NCBI GenBank assembly: GCA_041664365.1 | Contig: JBAYKW010000002.1 | Coordinates: 11,858 to 75,857 of the forward strand | DNA from: Patescibacteria group bacterium | Lineage (GTDB): Bacteria; Patescibacteriota; Patescibacteriia; UM-FILTER-42-10 | DNA length: 64,000 nt | Direction: 5' to 3' | Shown: positions 44,966 to 55,129 of the stretch, in pieces | Position numbering within the stretch: position 1 is the first letter of the stretch | Layout of the letters: each line of letters starts with the position of its first letter | Notes under the pieces: generated by a model | Seen by the model: only the letters and a program-made list of their open reading frames with translations | What the model was told of the DNA's origin: nothing | Database searches by the model: none | Translations under genes and position numbers: made by a program

Positions 44966-46048
44966 CTATTTAGCAATAACGTAATTCATTCCGCCGATAT
45001 TTCTTACCTTTCCCTTCATTTCCATTAATGTCAGGGTGGAGCTTGTTACTGTCGCGCTAAGTCCGCTTTGCGTAACGATATCGTCAATGTGAGTCGGTTC
45101 AGATGAAATAGCAGAGAATATTTTAGCCTCTTCCGGATTATCGGCTATTACATCGCTTTTCACCTGCCTGGTAATTTTTGCTGAAATATTTAATGTTTCC
45201 AAAATGTCGTCTGAACTGGTTACCACTCTTGCACCCATTTTAATCAGGTTATTCGGACCAACAGAACTTTTTTGATAGATACTGCCGGGTACGGCAAAAA
45301 CCTCCCGATTCTGTTCAAGGGCGAATCGTGCTGTAATTAATGCCCCGCTTTTTTGACCCGCCTCTATCACTACACAGCCCTTACTTAATCCGGAAATTAT
45401 TCTGTTTCTGATCGGGAAATGATATTTTAGCGGGGCAGTGCCAAGCGGAAATTCGGAAATGATCATGCCATTTTTTTCAATAATCTCATGCGCAAGGATT
45501 GTATGAGTCTGGGGGTGCAATATATCCAGTCCCGAGCCTAAAACAGCCACGGTTGTCCCGTCATTATCTAATACCGCCTGATGTACAATCCCATCAATGC
45601 CCAAAGCCATCCCGGAGGCAATACAAATTTTTTCCTGGGCAAGATTACCCGCAATGTCTTTTGCAACTTCCCGACCGTAAGCGGTAGGGTTGCGGGTACC
45701 GACAATGGCGATTGTTAATTTATTTAACGCGTCCCGGTTACCTTTCCAATACAACACAGCTGGTGGACTGGATATTTCTTTCAAAAGATTGGGATATGCT
45801 TGGCTTTCTAAGGTAATCATTTTCACGCCGTGCTTTTCCAGTTTTTCCCACTCCTTGGTCGGGTTAATCAGACATCTTTTTTCCACAATTATCTGCGCAA
45901 TTTTTGGCAGTACGCCACATGCACATAATTCAAGATATGTAGCTTTCCATGCATTTTCCATATTGCCAAAACCGGCAATCAGCTTTTTAAAAGTCCGTGG
46001 TCCGACCTGCGGGATGCAGTTAAAGCTATTCCAGAATATTTGATCCAT
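44966..46048 (-). CDS. dprA: DNA processing protein DprA/Smf
   Basis: Rossmann-like DprA core (IAIVGTRNPTAYGREVAKDIAGNLA, GMALGIDGIVHQAVL, ISEFPLGT) and a C-terminal winged-helix region. Confidence 0.8.
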   Translation of the reverse strand: MDQIFWNSFNCIPQVGPRTFKKLIAGFGNMENAWKATYLELCACGVLPKIAQIIVEKRCLINPTKEWEKLEKHGVKMITLESQAYPNLLKEISSPPAVLYWKGNRDALNKLTIAIVGTRNPTAYGREVAKDIAGNLAQEKICIASGMALGIDGIVHQAVLDNDGTTVAVLGSGLDILHPQTHTILAHEIIEKNGMIISEFPLGTAPLKYHFPIRNRIISGLSKGCVVIEAGQKSGALITARFALEQNREVFAVPGSIYQKSSVGPNNLIKMGARVVTSSDDILETLNISAKITRQVKSDVIADNPEEAKIFSAISSEPTHIDDIVTQSGLSATVTSSTLTLMEMKGKVRNIGGMNYVIAK

Positions 46049-46190
46049 TATGTTTGACAGGTTAATGCGTAGATGTTAAGTTTTTTCTGTTATCGGGTAC
46101 CCCGATAGCAGTGAAAGGTTGGTGAATGGTTTTGCTCATTGATTTTCCACCTTGACCGGGAGCTTTACTCCCACGTCGAAAGAGGGGAAC

Positions 46191-46460
46191 ATGCCTCATA
46201 CCAGTCATCCTGCGGACCAGCCGGAACTGTTTCCTGCCGTGTCCGAACCTCAGGAAAAGGAGATCTTCCGGTGGGAGATCAGGGTTCTTGGCGGAGAGAC
46301 GTTTACGGTAGACGGCACTACTCTGCGCGAAGCAATCACCGAAGTTGGTCGCGCAAAAGGGCTGACCGGTCAGCCCGAAACCGTTTACCGCAATGCTCAT
46401 CGGCTGTATCAGCCGGAATTTGTCTCCAAGACCGCAGTGCGGTTTCTGGAACAAAAATAA
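46191..46460 (+). CDS. GC-rich small hypothetical protein (about 89 aa)
   Basis: AGAGGGGAA RBS before the ATG (MPHTSHPADQ...). About 57% GC in an island between dprA and mfd. The opposite-strand ORF 46062..46514 is treated as a shadow. Confidence 0.35.
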   Translation: MPHTSHPADQPELFPAVSEPQEKEIFRWEIRVLGGETFTVDGTTLREAITEVGRAKGLTGQPETVYRNAHRLYQPEFVSKTAVRFLEQK

Positions 46461-46497
46461 CAGGGCCAATAGTGTTTGGACGCCCTGTTTTTCTTTC

Positions 46498-49400
46498 TTA
46501 GAGAATACTAACACACTTCTTAATATCTTTCAACCAGTCTTTTGCAAGTGCATCGAGATCAATCTTAACCGTAAACTCACCAAGTGACCATTGGTCACTG
46601 ACGGTAAATAACTGTTCAATTTGGGTCGGTACTAAACTTTTATTAAATTTAAAGACAATTCTTTTTCTGGCTACTTCTTCCGAGTCAGTTACAAAAGTGG
46701 TATCTATGCTTGTTACACTGCTTTTCTGGGCTAGTACTTTTATTTCTAATAGAGAGATGAGGTTCCTGTATTCTTCCGGTGCTTTTGTCATCAAGGAAAA
46801 CTGATTGGCCAATTTGTGTAATTCTTTTATATCGCGCGTGGCAGATAATTTTTGATACCAATGCAGCCTCTTTTCTTCGCGTGGTTCCATTGATGTGGGG
46901 ATTAATGCGGAAATCGGGAGATCAATACTGACATCTCTGACCGGTTCCGCGATCTTTCCTGTTTTGATTTCTTCTGCTGATTGCTGGATCAGATTCAAAT
47001 ATAAATTCAGGCCGATTGCATTTATTTTTCCGTGTTGTTGTTTTCCTAAAAGATTGCCGGTACCGCGGATTTCCAGGTCACGCAGAGCAAGTTGGAATCC
47101 ACTGCCGAGTTCTTTTGCCTCCATCAGTGCAATCAGTCTTTTTTTTGCGTCCGGGGTAAGTTGTTTACTTTTGTACAAGAAATAGGCAAAGGCCTGCCGG
47201 TCGGCACGGCCGATCCTTCCTCTTAATTGATATAGCTGTGACAAGCCGAAGTTAGTTGCATCCTCCACAATTAATGTATTGGCATTCGGCAGGTCTAACC
47301 CGTTTTCAATTATTGTAGTTGAAACTAAAACATCGATTTCTCCGTTATCAAAACTTTCCATGACATTCATCATCGCATGTTCTTCCATTTGCCCGTGTAC
47401 AATTCCGATTCTGGCTCCGGGCGCCAGTTTTTTAATTTGTTTTGCTTTGGCTTCGATTGTTTCTACTTGATTATGGAGAAAATAAACCTGGCCATTGCGC
47501 TTTAATTCCGATTGGATTGCGTCAATTATCAATTCATCCTGAGCCGGACGGATAATCGTTTCGATCGGCAGTCGCCCAGGGGGTGCGGTTTCAATGGTAC
47601 TAATATCTTTTAATCCCGACAGGGCAAAGTTTAGTGTGCGGGGTATGGGTGTGGCAGTCAGGGTTAAAATGTGAACATTACTTTTCAGTCTTTTTAATTT
47701 TTCTTTATGTTCAACACCGAAACGCTGTTCTTCATCCACAATAATCAACCCAAGATTTTTGAATCGAATATCTTTGGAAAGCAGCCGATGGGTTCCAATA
47801 ACAATATCAATTTGATTATTATTCAGCTGTTCTACGATTTCTTTCTGTTCTTTCGATGTTTTTAGCCGGCTGAGCAAAGCGATGTTGATGCCAAAATGCT
47901 CCAGCCGTTCTTTAAATGTATCATAATGCTGTTGAGTCAGAATGGTAGTGGGGGAAAGTAGCGCGACCTGCATGCCGTTCATCACTGTTTTAAATGCCGC
48001 TCTGATTGCGACTTCCGTTTTGCCAAATCCTACATCTCCGCAAACCAGACGGTCCATGGGAACATTTTTTGCCAGATCACTATTTATTTCATCAATTGAG
48101 CGTTTTTGATCAGCTGTCATTTCAAACTCAAAAGTATTAGCCAGTTTTCTTTCATCCGCAGTTTCTTTTTTTAACGGGATTGTTTCCGATTGTGTTCTTA
48201 GTGTTGATGTTTCTAAAAGTTGTCTTGCTAGTTTTAATGAATCACGTTTTATTCTTAAACACACTTCTTTCCAATTCCCGCTACCAAGCCGGTGTAAGGG
48301 GGGATTCTGCTTGCCGATATATTTATTCAGTTTTTCTGCCTGGTAGATGGGGACGAACAGCTTGTCACCGTGATCATATTCCAGATAGAAAAATTCCCGG
48401 AGCATCCCTTCTATTTCTTTTTTTACCATACCGCGAAACCGAGCGATGCCATGGTCCAGATGAACAACGATATCCCCGGCTTTCAATTCCGCCAAAAATT
48501 TATGATCAATGCTTGATGCCTTGATTTTTTGTTCCCCATTTGAATAACCGAAGATTTCCTGATCAGTAAAAAAAGCGATTCTGTGTAACGGCAGGGTAAA
48601 ACCTTCCAATAATGGAGGCGCGGCATTGATAAAATTAATACTTTTTCTTAACGGACCTAATTTCTTAATTACATTTTCCAGTTCCGGCTTTTTTGAAGTT
48701 GCAATAAATATTGAATATTTATTCCTTGCTAATTCAGTGACTTCTATAACAAATTTTTCCAGATTATGATGGAAGAGAGGGGCGCTTTTAAAATCAATAA
48801 TTATTTCCTTAGCATCTTTCGGAAAGGATTCAAAAACAATTCTGGGGTGGGGGTATAATTTTTTATCGATTCTTTTCCAATCGTATGAAAATTCCTCAAG
48901 CTCAACGGGATCCATATATACGATACTTAGAGAATTATGCATGGAAACGTATTCCAATATTGAATGTTCAAATCGGGAAACAGGAAAATTACCAAGGATT
49001 GATACAGAGTCAACACCCCCTTTACTTTTTTTATCAGCCGGGTCGTAGAAAGAAATATTTTCCACTATTTCTCCTTCAAAATCTATTTTTACCGGCAATG
49101 GATATTGAGGTGAAAAAATATTTAACGTGCCACCTTTTTGACTGAACATCAAAGGTGCAGACGCGAAATTTTCTTTTACATATCCTAATTCAACTAATTT
49201 TTTTGCCAGGTCGGTTGTCGGGATAGTGCTGTCTTTTAAGATATTAATCTGATGATTTTCAAAATCTTTCGGGTCAGCTACAATCTCTTCCAATCCGGAT
49301 ATCGAGCATAAAACAATCACCGGTTTTTGAGTAAGTAGTGACCAAAGTATTTTGGTCTTTTCTGTTTCATTTTGATTGTCCCAAACATAAACCTCGCGCG

Positions 49401-49647
49401 TATCAAATGCAAATGATTTCAACCAAAAATTCAGCATTACCCTAATTGTCTCCGATTGTCCTGAATCCTTGGTTAACCAAAAAAGCGCCCTGTGATCAAA
49501 TGAGGGGGAGGTGAGGATATTACTGATGATTAATGATTGCAGAGTTCCGTTACTCAGGGCTGAAAACGTGTTTTCAGTCAGCTCATTTCCGTGTTTTGGT
49601 AATGCTTCTGAGATGAGGTTGCGGAATCCGAGATTGATTTTTTCCAC
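46498..49647 (-). CDS. mfd: transcription-repair coupling factor
   Basis: 1049 aa. Superfamily-2 helicase core ([36 protein letters not shown]), UvrB-homology N-terminus and TRCF C-terminal domain. Confidence 0.85.
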   Translation of the reverse strand: MEKINLGFRNLISEALPKHGNELTENTFSALSNGTLQSLIISNILTSPSFDHRALFWLTKDSGQSETIRVMLNFWLKSFAFDTREVYVWDNQNETEKTKILWSLLTQKPVIVLCSISGLEEIVADPKDFENHQINILKDSTIPTTDLAKKLVELGYVKENFASAPLMFSQKGGTLNIFSPQYPLPVKIDFEGEIVENISFYDPADKKSKGGVDSVSILGNFPVSRFEHSILEYVSMHNSLSIVYMDPVELEEFSYDWKRIDKKLYPHPRIVFESFPKDAKEIIIDFKSAPLFHHNLEKFVIEVTELARNKYSIFIATSKKPELENVIKKLGPLRKSINFINAAPPLLEGFTLPLHRIAFFTDQEIFGYSNGEQKIKASSIDHKFLAELKAGDIVVHLDHGIARFRGMVKKEIEGMLREFFYLEYDHGDKLFVPIYQAEKLNKYIGKQNPPLHRLGSGNWKEVCLRIKRDSLKLARQLLETSTLRTQSETIPLKKETADERKLANTFEFEMTADQKRSIDEINSDLAKNVPMDRLVCGDVGFGKTEVAIRAAFKTVMNGMQVALLSPTTILTQQHYDTFKERLEHFGINIALLSRLKTSKEQKEIVEQLNNNQIDIVIGTHRLLSKDIRFKNLGLIIVDEEQRFGVEHKEKLKRLKSNVHILTLTATPIPRTLNFALSGLKDISTIETAPPGRLPIETIIRPAQDELIIDAIQSELKRNGQVYFLHNQVETIEAKAKQIKKLAPGARIGIVHGQMEEHAMMNVMESFDNGEIDVLVSTTIIENGLDLPNANTLIVEDATNFGLSQLYQLRGRIGRADRQAFAYFLYKSKQLTPDAKKRLIALMEAKELGSGFQLALRDLEIRGTGNLLGKQQHGKINAIGLNLYLNLIQQSAEEIKTGKIAEPVRDVSIDLPISALIPTSMEPREEKRLHWYQKLSATRDIKELHKLANQFSLMTKAPEEYRNLISLLEIKVLAQKSSVTSIDTTFVTDSEEVARKRIVFKFNKSLVPTQIEQLFTVSDQWSLGEFTVKIDLDALAKDWLKDIKKCVSIL

Positions 49648-49709
49648 TTTTGTTAAATTTCGAGGCTAAAATTAGCCAAATATTATACTGTTTGAGTTTA
49701 TAAATCTTG

Positions 49710-49745
49710 ATCCCGTTAGAGGATTTTCTCTAATGGGGTTGACAA
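49710..49745. promoter_or_regulatory. palindromic intergenic element (copy 3), followed by TTGACA
   Basis: tcccgttagaggattttctctaatggggTTGACAaaaaaacaaattatgcTAACAT. The palindrome abuts a possible promoter facing the ncRNA/tRNA region. Confidence 0.5.
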
Positions 49746-49939
49746 AAAAACAAATTATGCTAACATTATACTTCACATTTCAAGAAACAGCCAGCATATT
49801 TTACAAATAAATATCAAAGTTACTGTTTACCAAGCTGCTTGCAAGTGGCGAAAATTTAAACAACCCCTCCTTAGTTTTTATTAGTAGCTATAAAGATAGG
49901 AACTATTTCTACATGGAATATTTCTATCGCTTGTAAGTG

Positions 49940-50200
49940 GCCTAGTGAACAGTAGATGTAGTGCCCAGCGTGCTATTTATAAGTCGGTTAAGAGTATTGT
50001 ATCCTCCTTAACAATACCCTTTGCCATCAGACTTATAGATAGCACCCTGGGTATTATGACATATTGGGTCCGTTGGCATCTCCGATGCCAAACTGAAGAA
50101 GCGATGGGGCTCTCCGCAAGGAAGCCCGTTTCCGAAAGGAATCCCTTGGCGAGCATCGACCAATCAGTTTCTCGCTCACGCGAGACGGGCCCACCTAAGT
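49940..50200 (+). ncRNA. candidate structured RNA (GC-rich, [11 protein letters not shown] leader or ncRNA) upstream of the tRNA cluster; identity unresolved
   Basis: Perfect hairpin TTGGCATC-tccg-GATGCCAA, and an imperfect long hairpin with an apical GNRA loop (CGCAAGGAAGCCCG-TTCC-GAAA-GGAA-TCCCTTGGCG). The overlapping ORF 49945..50247 runs into a tRNA and is not credible as coding. Confidence 0.3.
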
Positions 50201-50206
50201 CTTGTT

Positions 50207-50282
50207 GGGGATGTAGCTCAGTTGATAGAGCATCCTGCTTTCAGTAGGAAGGTCGTAGGTTCAAGTCCTACCATCCCTGCCA
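50207..50282 (+). tRNA. tRNA-Glu (TTC)
   Basis: GGGGATG-TA-GCTC.AGTTGATA.GAGC-A-TCCTG.CTTTCAG.TAGGA-AGGTC-GTAGG.TTCAAGT.CCTAC-CATCCCT-G-CCA. Confidence 0.7.
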
Positions 50283-50292
50283 TTTATTTGGT

Positions 50293-50367
50293 GTCCCGTT
50301 AGCTTAATGGCAGAGCAGCTGACATCTCAATCAGCCGATCGGGGTTCGAGTCCTCGACGGGGCACCA
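50293..50367 (+). tRNA. tRNA-like gene with an 8-nt anticodon loop (CATCTCAA); anticodon unresolved (CTC or TCT possible)
   Basis: GTCCCGT-TA-GCTT.AATGGCA.GAGC-A-GCTGA.CATCTCAA.TCAGC-CGAT-CGGGG.TTCGAGT.CCTCG-ACGGGGC-A-CCA. The cloverleaf is otherwise good. Confidence 0.5.
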
Positions 50368-50385
50368 TTCTGCACATTGTAAGGT

Positions 50386-50460
50386 TGGCGCGTAGCTCAG
50401 CTGGATAGAGCGTCCCACTCTGTGGGAAGGTCTCGGGTTCGATTCCCGACGCGCCGACCA
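50386..50460 (+). tRNA. tRNA-like gene with a shortened anticodon arm (5-bp stem plus 5-nt loop TCCCA.CTCTG.TGGGA); possible pseudo-tRNA or unusual tRNA
   Basis: TGGCGCG-TA-GCTC.AGCTGGATA.GAGC-G-TCCCACTCTGTGGGA-AGGTC-TCGGG.TTCGATT.CCCGA-CGCGCCG-A-CCA. It is 75 nt, 2 nt short in the anticodon arm. Confidence 0.45.
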
Positions 50461-50476
50461 TTTGGTCTCACTGGTT

Positions 50477-50547
50477 GCCAGCGTAGTTCAGCTTGAAGAA
50501 CACTTGATCTGTTTTCAAGAGTTCGTCAAACTCCTCCGCTGGCACCA
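50477..50547 (+). other. tRNA-like fragment or pseudogene (71 nt, ends in CCA; no regular T-arm)
   Basis: GCCAGCG-TA-GTTC.AGCTTGAA.GAAC-A-CTTGA.TCTGTTT.TCAAG-...-CGCTGGC-A-CCA. The acceptor, D-arm and anticodon arm are tRNA-like, but the region between anticodon arm and acceptor is too short. Confidence 0.35.
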
Positions 50548-50554
50548 GAAAATC

Positions 50555-50627
50555 GCCCACGTGGCTCAAATGGTAGAGCATCACACCAGGAGTGTGAAGA
50601 TTACTAGTTCGAATCTAGTCGTGGGCT
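50555..50627 (+). tRNA. tRNA gene of standard length (no CCA encoded) with a non-canonical anticodon loop CCAGGAG (no U33); anticodon unresolved
   Basis: GCCCACG-TG-GCTC.AAATGGTA.GAGC-A-TCACA.CCAGGAG.TGTGA-AGATT-ACTAG.TTCGAAT.CTAGT-CGTGGGC-T, followed by a T-run. Confidence 0.5.
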
Positions 50628-50632
50628 CTTTT

Positions 50633-51166
50633 TTATTGCAAAAAATTTTTGATTCTTGCTACAAACTCCGGCAGTTGTGATTTTAACTGCTTCTTTTCCT
50701 GCAGGGTAAATTTCTGCAAAACAAAACTCGCCGGATCTATTTTGGCAAGCAGGTCATTTTTAATACCCACTTTAATTTGAATAAAACCTTTACTGCCGAT
50801 ATTTTCAATAATTGAATTAATGCCGTTGTGCCCGCCGGAACCGCTGTCTTGCTTTTCCCGGTACTTCCCGAATTCCAGATCCAAATCATCCCGCACAATT
50901 ACAATATCTTCCAGATCCACCTTGTAAAAGTTTTTTAAGAGTGATACTGCCTTTCCGGAATTATTCATGAAAGTCAGTGGTTTAGCCAAAATCAACTTTT
51001 GATCATTGATCTGCCCCTGAGTGAGGTCGGATTGAAACTTCTTCACAGTTTTAAAGGAAGAAATAGACAAAGCCTTGATCAGCTCATCCAACATTAACCA
51101 GCCGACATTATGCCTTGTGTTTTTGTATTTTATCCCCGGGTTTCCTAACCCTATGATTAGTTTCAT
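50633..51166 (-). CDS. pth: peptidyl-tRNA hydrolase
   Basis: MKLIIGLGNPGIKYKNTRHNVGWLMLDEL is the canonical Pth N-terminus with the catalytic His. Confidence 0.85.
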   Translation of the reverse strand: MKLIIGLGNPGIKYKNTRHNVGWLMLDELIKALSISSFKTVKKFQSDLTQGQINDQKLILAKPLTFMNNSGKAVSLLKNFYKVDLEDIVIVRDDLDLEFGKYREKQDSGSGGHNGINSIIENIGSKGFIQIKVGIKNDLLAKIDPASFVLQKFTLQEKKQLKSQLPEFVARIKNFLQ

Positions 51167-52505
51167 GTCTTTTAAGTTTAACCTTCAAAATAATTGGCGT
51201 ACCCCAAATATCAAACTTTTCCCGAATAGCCTTTTTTAAAGTATCAGTAACAGCATGGGGAGGCGGAATTTTTGCATTTACTCTCAAAAGAAAGGTGGGG
51301 GGGTTAATATCCTCCTGTTCAAGTGATGTCATTTTAAACGGCTTAGTGTCTTTTCTTTGCTTGCTGTTAATATCTATTGTAAATTCTTTGATAAATTCCA
51401 GAAGCTGTTCAGAATCAATCACTTTCTCCCTGTTTTCTTTCATTTTCAATGCGAAATCTATCGGATTCTTCAGACGGATTTTGTCTTTGGCAGAAATAAA
51501 CACATATGGTGCCCATAAAAGGAACGGAAAAAAGCTATGGACATACTTCAGGTAGTCTTTAATGGTTTTCACATTTTTATCCCGGATCAAATCCCATTTG
51601 TTTAAAACCACTACAATGCCTGTTTTGGCATCCACCACTTCACTGGCAATATGCTTGTCCTGGAACGAGATTTCTTCAGTAATATCCAGCATCAGTAATA
51701 CGACGTCCGCATGTTTTATCGCGAGCAGAGATTTTCTGGCGCTTTCTGCTTCGATCGCTCTTATCCCTGACTCTCCTTTTTTAATCTTATTTCTTCTTAA
51801 TCCGGCCGTATCCACAAGCAGCACTCTTTTTTTGTTATACTGGATTTCAATATCCTGAGGATCACGCGTGGTGTGGGGTTGCGAACTAACAATCACTCTG
51901 TTTTCTCCGAGCAGGGCGTTTACGTAGGAAGATTTTCCGACATTTGTTTTGCCTACAATTGCCAGTTTCAAATCCGGCTCTTTCAGCTCCGTCGATTTCT
52001 CCGGAACTTTTTTGATGATGGCGTCTAGCAGATCCCCGGTTCCACTCCCATTGATGGAAGAAACATAGATTGTATCTTTTATCCCCAGTTGATAAAACTC
52101 ACTGCCTGCTTCCGCTTTTCTTTTTGGGTTATCTATTTTATTGACGGCTAAAATTACCGGCACTTTGGATTTTTTTAACCAGCGAACGATGTCCTTATCC
52201 TGTCGCATCATACCTTGTGCGCCGTCAACAACAAAAACGATACAGTCTGCTTCCCCGGCGGCAATTTCAGCCTGCTTTTTGATACTTTCTTCAATCTCTT
52301 CACCTTTAATAATATTCACACCACCACTGTCGACTAAAGTAATTTTTTTCCCTTGCCAATTACATATGCCAAAATTGCGATCACGGGTGGTCGCAGGGAC
52401 AGAGGATGTTATGGCCTTTCGTCTTTCCAGTAAAGTATTAAAAAGCGTTGATTTACCAACATTCGTTCGGCCAATCAATGCAACTTGCGGTAACTTTTTT
52501 GACAT
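51108..52505 (-). CDS. der: ribosome-associated GTPase Der/EngA (tandem GTPase domains plus KH-like C-terminus)
   Basis: Two P-loops (GRTNVGKSTLFN and GKTNVGKSSYVN), each with DTAG/DSGG and NKxD motifs. The 3' end overlaps the pth start by 59 nt. Confidence 0.85.
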   Translation of the reverse strand: MSKKLPQVALIGRTNVGKSTLFNTLLERRKAITSSVPATTRDRNFGICNWQGKKITLVDSGGVNIIKGEEIEESIKKQAEIAAGEADCIVFVVDGAQGMMRQDKDIVRWLKKSKVPVILAVNKIDNPKRKAEAGSEFYQLGIKDTIYVSSINGSGTGDLLDAIIKKVPEKSTELKEPDLKLAIVGKTNVGKSSYVNALLGENRVIVSSQPHTTRDPQDIEIQYNKKRVLLVDTAGLRRNKIKKGESGIRAIEAESARKSLLAIKHADVVLLMLDITEEISFQDKHIASEVVDAKTGIVVVLNKWDLIRDKNVKTIKDYLKYVHSFFPFLLWAPYVFISAKDKIRLKNPIDFALKMKENREKVIDSEQLLEFIKEFTIDINSKQRKDTKPFKMTSLEQEDINPPTFLLRVNAKIPPPHAVTDTLKKAIREKFDIWGTPIILKVKLKRHETNHRVRKPGDKIQKHKA

Positions 52506-52509
52506 AATA

Positions 52510-54030
52510 TTATTGTGTATCGGAATTGGTTATAGAACTGTTTGTCTGATTGATTCCATCAGCACCTAGAAGAATCAGAAAATCAACTTCGCCACTTTGC
52601 GAAACAATATCTGAATTTAAAGGCGCGCTTAATCCCTGATAGGTAACTTCATTTTTATCAGGAGTATATAAATATGCAGGAACGGTCGATGCAATCTCTG
52701 ATCCGATTTCCTCTTTTAACGCGTTTAAAGTCTGCGGCTTTGTCCCGCCGGTTAAATCATAAATCGTCGTAATCTGGTTGTTTTGTTCCGCTGCGTTACC
52801 GACTGCGACAACATTGTAACCGGCGTTGCGCAGAGTTTCCGCTGTTTTAGCAGCGAGGCCGTTAATTTTTGTACCATTATGGATTTCGATGGTGGCATTT
52901 TCCCGGGTTACAGTTTTCGTCTCTTCAACTTGGAAAATGTTTTGAGCAATTTCCTGAATTTCGGAGAAATCATCCAGCCCGGCATTTGGACGTAATATGT
53001 ATGCTCCGTCAATTGTTGTTTCCGAATGCAGAGGACCGTCTGGGCTGTTATCAATCACCTCGTCAATAATCTGATCGGCGGAAACATCTTTAATCATGTT
53101 ATAAAGTTTGATCATTTCCCATGGTTCCATATTCATACGGACATGATCGGCAAGATCATCCACAATGTTTAAAATCAAACTGGGGTTGAGTAGCGTAGAT
53201 GTTGATAACAGTTTTTCTTTTGCCGCCAGTAGTATTTTCTGCTGTCTCTGTGACCGGGCAAAATCCGAACCTTCATTGTTATTGCCGTGTCTGGAACGGG
53301 CGAATTGTAGCGCTTTTTCCCCGTTGAAATGATTGTTTCCCTGTTGGAATGAAACCGGCTGATAGCCGTAGTTATAATCGGGGTATAGTGGATCATAAAA
53401 TGTCCGCTCTACTGTAACGTCGACTCCGCCGATATCGTCGATGACTTTTCGGAAACCCTCAAAATCAACTCTCCCGTAATAATGAATCTTTAAACCAGTG
53501 ATGTCTTCAATTACTTCGATCATCAACTCTTCACCGCCGCTTTCCGGATCTTCATTATAGCCGAATGCATAAGCGTTATTTATTTTTCTCCAGCCATTGT
53601 CCGGTATGGGCACGTAAAGGTCCCGCGGTATGGATATAAAAGCGACCTCCTTTGTCGATGGTTTAACACTGGCAATCATGATCGTATCGGCCAGATATCC
53701 ACCGCTGTGTCCCTGTCCGCCCATACCCAGCATCAGAACATTGATCCGATCCTCTTTTTCTCCGTCAATCATATCTTCCGGTGCTACAACAAAATATTTT
53801 AACTGGCTGATCAGTGAAGGTATGTCAGATGATGCAATTACACTATTGGCAGAAAGCAGTACCTTGTAAGAAAAAGTGAGACCGACCAGGACAACAACAA
53901 CGCAAAGATAAACAAAAAATTTACCGACAAAAAAACCGAAACCATGACGTTTTTTCTTTTTTTCGAGTGCCTGTCCTTTTTCTACTTTATCCAGGAGGTT
54001 AAATTCCTTTTCTGAATTAATTCTTTTCAT
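52510..54030 (-). CDS. LytR-CpsA-Psr (LCP) family cell-envelope phosphotransferase with an N-terminal TM and a C-terminal extra domain
   Basis: TM FFVGKFFVYLCVVVVLVGLTF. LCP core NVLMLGMGGQGHSGGYLADTIMIASVKPSTKEVAFISIPRDLYVPIP...NNAYAFG. Confidence 0.65.
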   Translation of the reverse strand: MKRINSEKEFNLLDKVEKGQALEKKKKRHGFGFFVGKFFVYLCVVVVLVGLTFSYKVLLSANSVIASSDIPSLISQLKYFVVAPEDMIDGEKEDRINVLMLGMGGQGHSGGYLADTIMIASVKPSTKEVAFISIPRDLYVPIPDNGWRKINNAYAFGYNEDPESGGEELMIEVIEDITGLKIHYYGRVDFEGFRKVIDDIGGVDVTVERTFYDPLYPDYNYGYQPVSFQQGNNHFNGEKALQFARSRHGNNNEGSDFARSQRQQKILLAAKEKLLSTSTLLNPSLILNIVDDLADHVRMNMEPWEMIKLYNMIKDVSADQIIDEVIDNSPDGPLHSETTIDGAYILRPNAGLDDFSEIQEIAQNIFQVEETKTVTRENATIEIHNGTKINGLAAKTAETLRNAGYNVVAVGNAAEQNNQITTIYDLTGGTKPQTLNALKEEIGSEIASTVPAYLYTPDKNEVTYQGLSAPLNSDIVSQSGEVDFLILLGADGINQTNSSITNSDTQ

Positions 54031-54325
54031 TTGACGGGTTAGAAATACAAAATTATTGATTCATATCGCTAATATTATATAATATTTTCAACAAAAAATC
54101 TACTACAATAATTAATACGTAATCGGCCTGATTAAGATTTCATCCGAGGGGCTTGAAATATTACTTTCTTTGTGTTACAATAAGGCTACTTCGTGTGCTA
54201 TCTCCTTTATTTACAGGGGTTCGTAGCTCTCGCCCGCTTACGTCTGTGCGCAAGCGATGGCGACGGGCGGCTGGTTATATGCCTTTCGGCAGGCAGTGAG
54301 CACTATCCACACATCTGTCCACCGC

Positions 54326-54402
54326 GCTCGTGTAGCTCAGTTGGTTAGAGCGTTCGATTCACATTCGAAAGGTCTCTGGTTCAAATCCAGACACGAGCAC
54401 CA
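54326..54402 (+). tRNA. tRNA-Val (CAC)
   Basis: GCTCGTG-TA-GCTC.AGTTGGTTA.GAGC-G-TTCGA.TTCACAT.TCGAA-AGGTC-TCTGG.TTCAAAT.CCAGA-CACGAGC-A-CCA. Canonical U33 and A37. Confidence 0.8.
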
Positions 54403-54469
54403 CTCGACTTATCCTGGTGAACACCGGATAAGACCTAATATAATTTGAGATTCAATATTAAAAAATCAA

Positions 54470-55117
54470 ATGGCAAAAAAAACAGAGCAGAAAGATGAAA
54501 AGGAAATTAATGATGCGCTGGATGAGTTAAATGAAAAAAGCATCACACCGGATCCGTTTTGGAAAGCAACGGGACTTTTTGTTTTAGAAGTTGCAAAGAT
54601 TATTATCATTTCGCTGGCGATAATAATTCCGATCAGATATTATCTGGTCCAACCTTTTTATGTTAAAGGCGCTTCCATGGAACCGACCTTTCATGATTAT
54701 GAATATCTAATTATCAATGAAATCAGTTATCGTTTTAATGCACCGGACCGGGGAGATATTATCGTATTGAAGGATCCAAGGAACACATCGCAGTTTTTTA
54801 TCAAAAGAATTATCGGTCTGCCGGGTGAAACAGTACAGGTAAAAAATGGCACAGTGATAATTCAGAATACCGCAAACCCGGAAGGAATCATTTTGGACGA
54901 AAGTGTTTATCTGGATGATACAGTTTATACCAGTGGAAATATTGATATTGTGCTAGATGCGGATAAATATTATGTAATGGGCGACAACAGGGGATCCAGT
55001 CTTGATTCCAGAATTATCGGACCCATAGGAAAAGAATTCATTGTAGGAAAAGCATGGGTCAGAGCGTGGCCTTTTAATAAATTAACTCATTTTAATTTAC
55101 CCGATTACAACATTTAA
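54470..55117 (+). CDS. lepB: signal peptidase I
   Basis: N-terminal TM. Catalytic Ser box GASMEPTF, Lys box (DRGDIIVLKDPR), and GDNRGSSLDSR. Confidence 0.85.
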   Translation: MAKKTEQKDEKEINDALDELNEKSITPDPFWKATGLFVLEVAKIIIISLAIIIPIRYYLVQPFYVKGASMEPTFHDYEYLIINEISYRFNAPDRGDIIVLKDPRNTSQFFIKRIIGLPGETVQVKNGTVIIQNTANPEGIILDESVYLDDTVYTSGNIDIVLDADKYYVMGDNRGSSLDSRIIGPIGKEFIVGKAWVRAWPFNKLTHFNLPDYNI

Positions 55118-55129
55118 CCGAAATTTATA

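Noticed and set aside
49945-50247. 100-aa ORF immediately upstream of, and running into, the tRNA cluster
   Set aside because: It overlaps tRNA-Glu, shows no coding features, and the region looks like structured RNA. I tested RNase P RNA and tmRNA assignments by looking for GGAAAGUCC / AGGGUGAAA and tRNA-like-domain signatures and found none. It is kept only as an unassigned candidate ncRNA.
51108-51166. 59-nt overlap between the der 3' end and the pth start, which might indicate a frameshift or mis-called start
   Set aside because: The pth N-terminus (MKLIIGLGNPG) is canonical. The der C-terminus continues in frame with plausible basic residues. Long overlaps like this are common in compact genomes. 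It is noted but not treated as an error.
54180-54320. GC-rich 140-nt region upstream of tRNA-Val as a distinct ncRNA
   Set aside because: It has a CGCCCGC..GCGGGCG stem but no recognisable family signature. It is more simply a tRNA leader or promoter region, so it is not reported as a feature.
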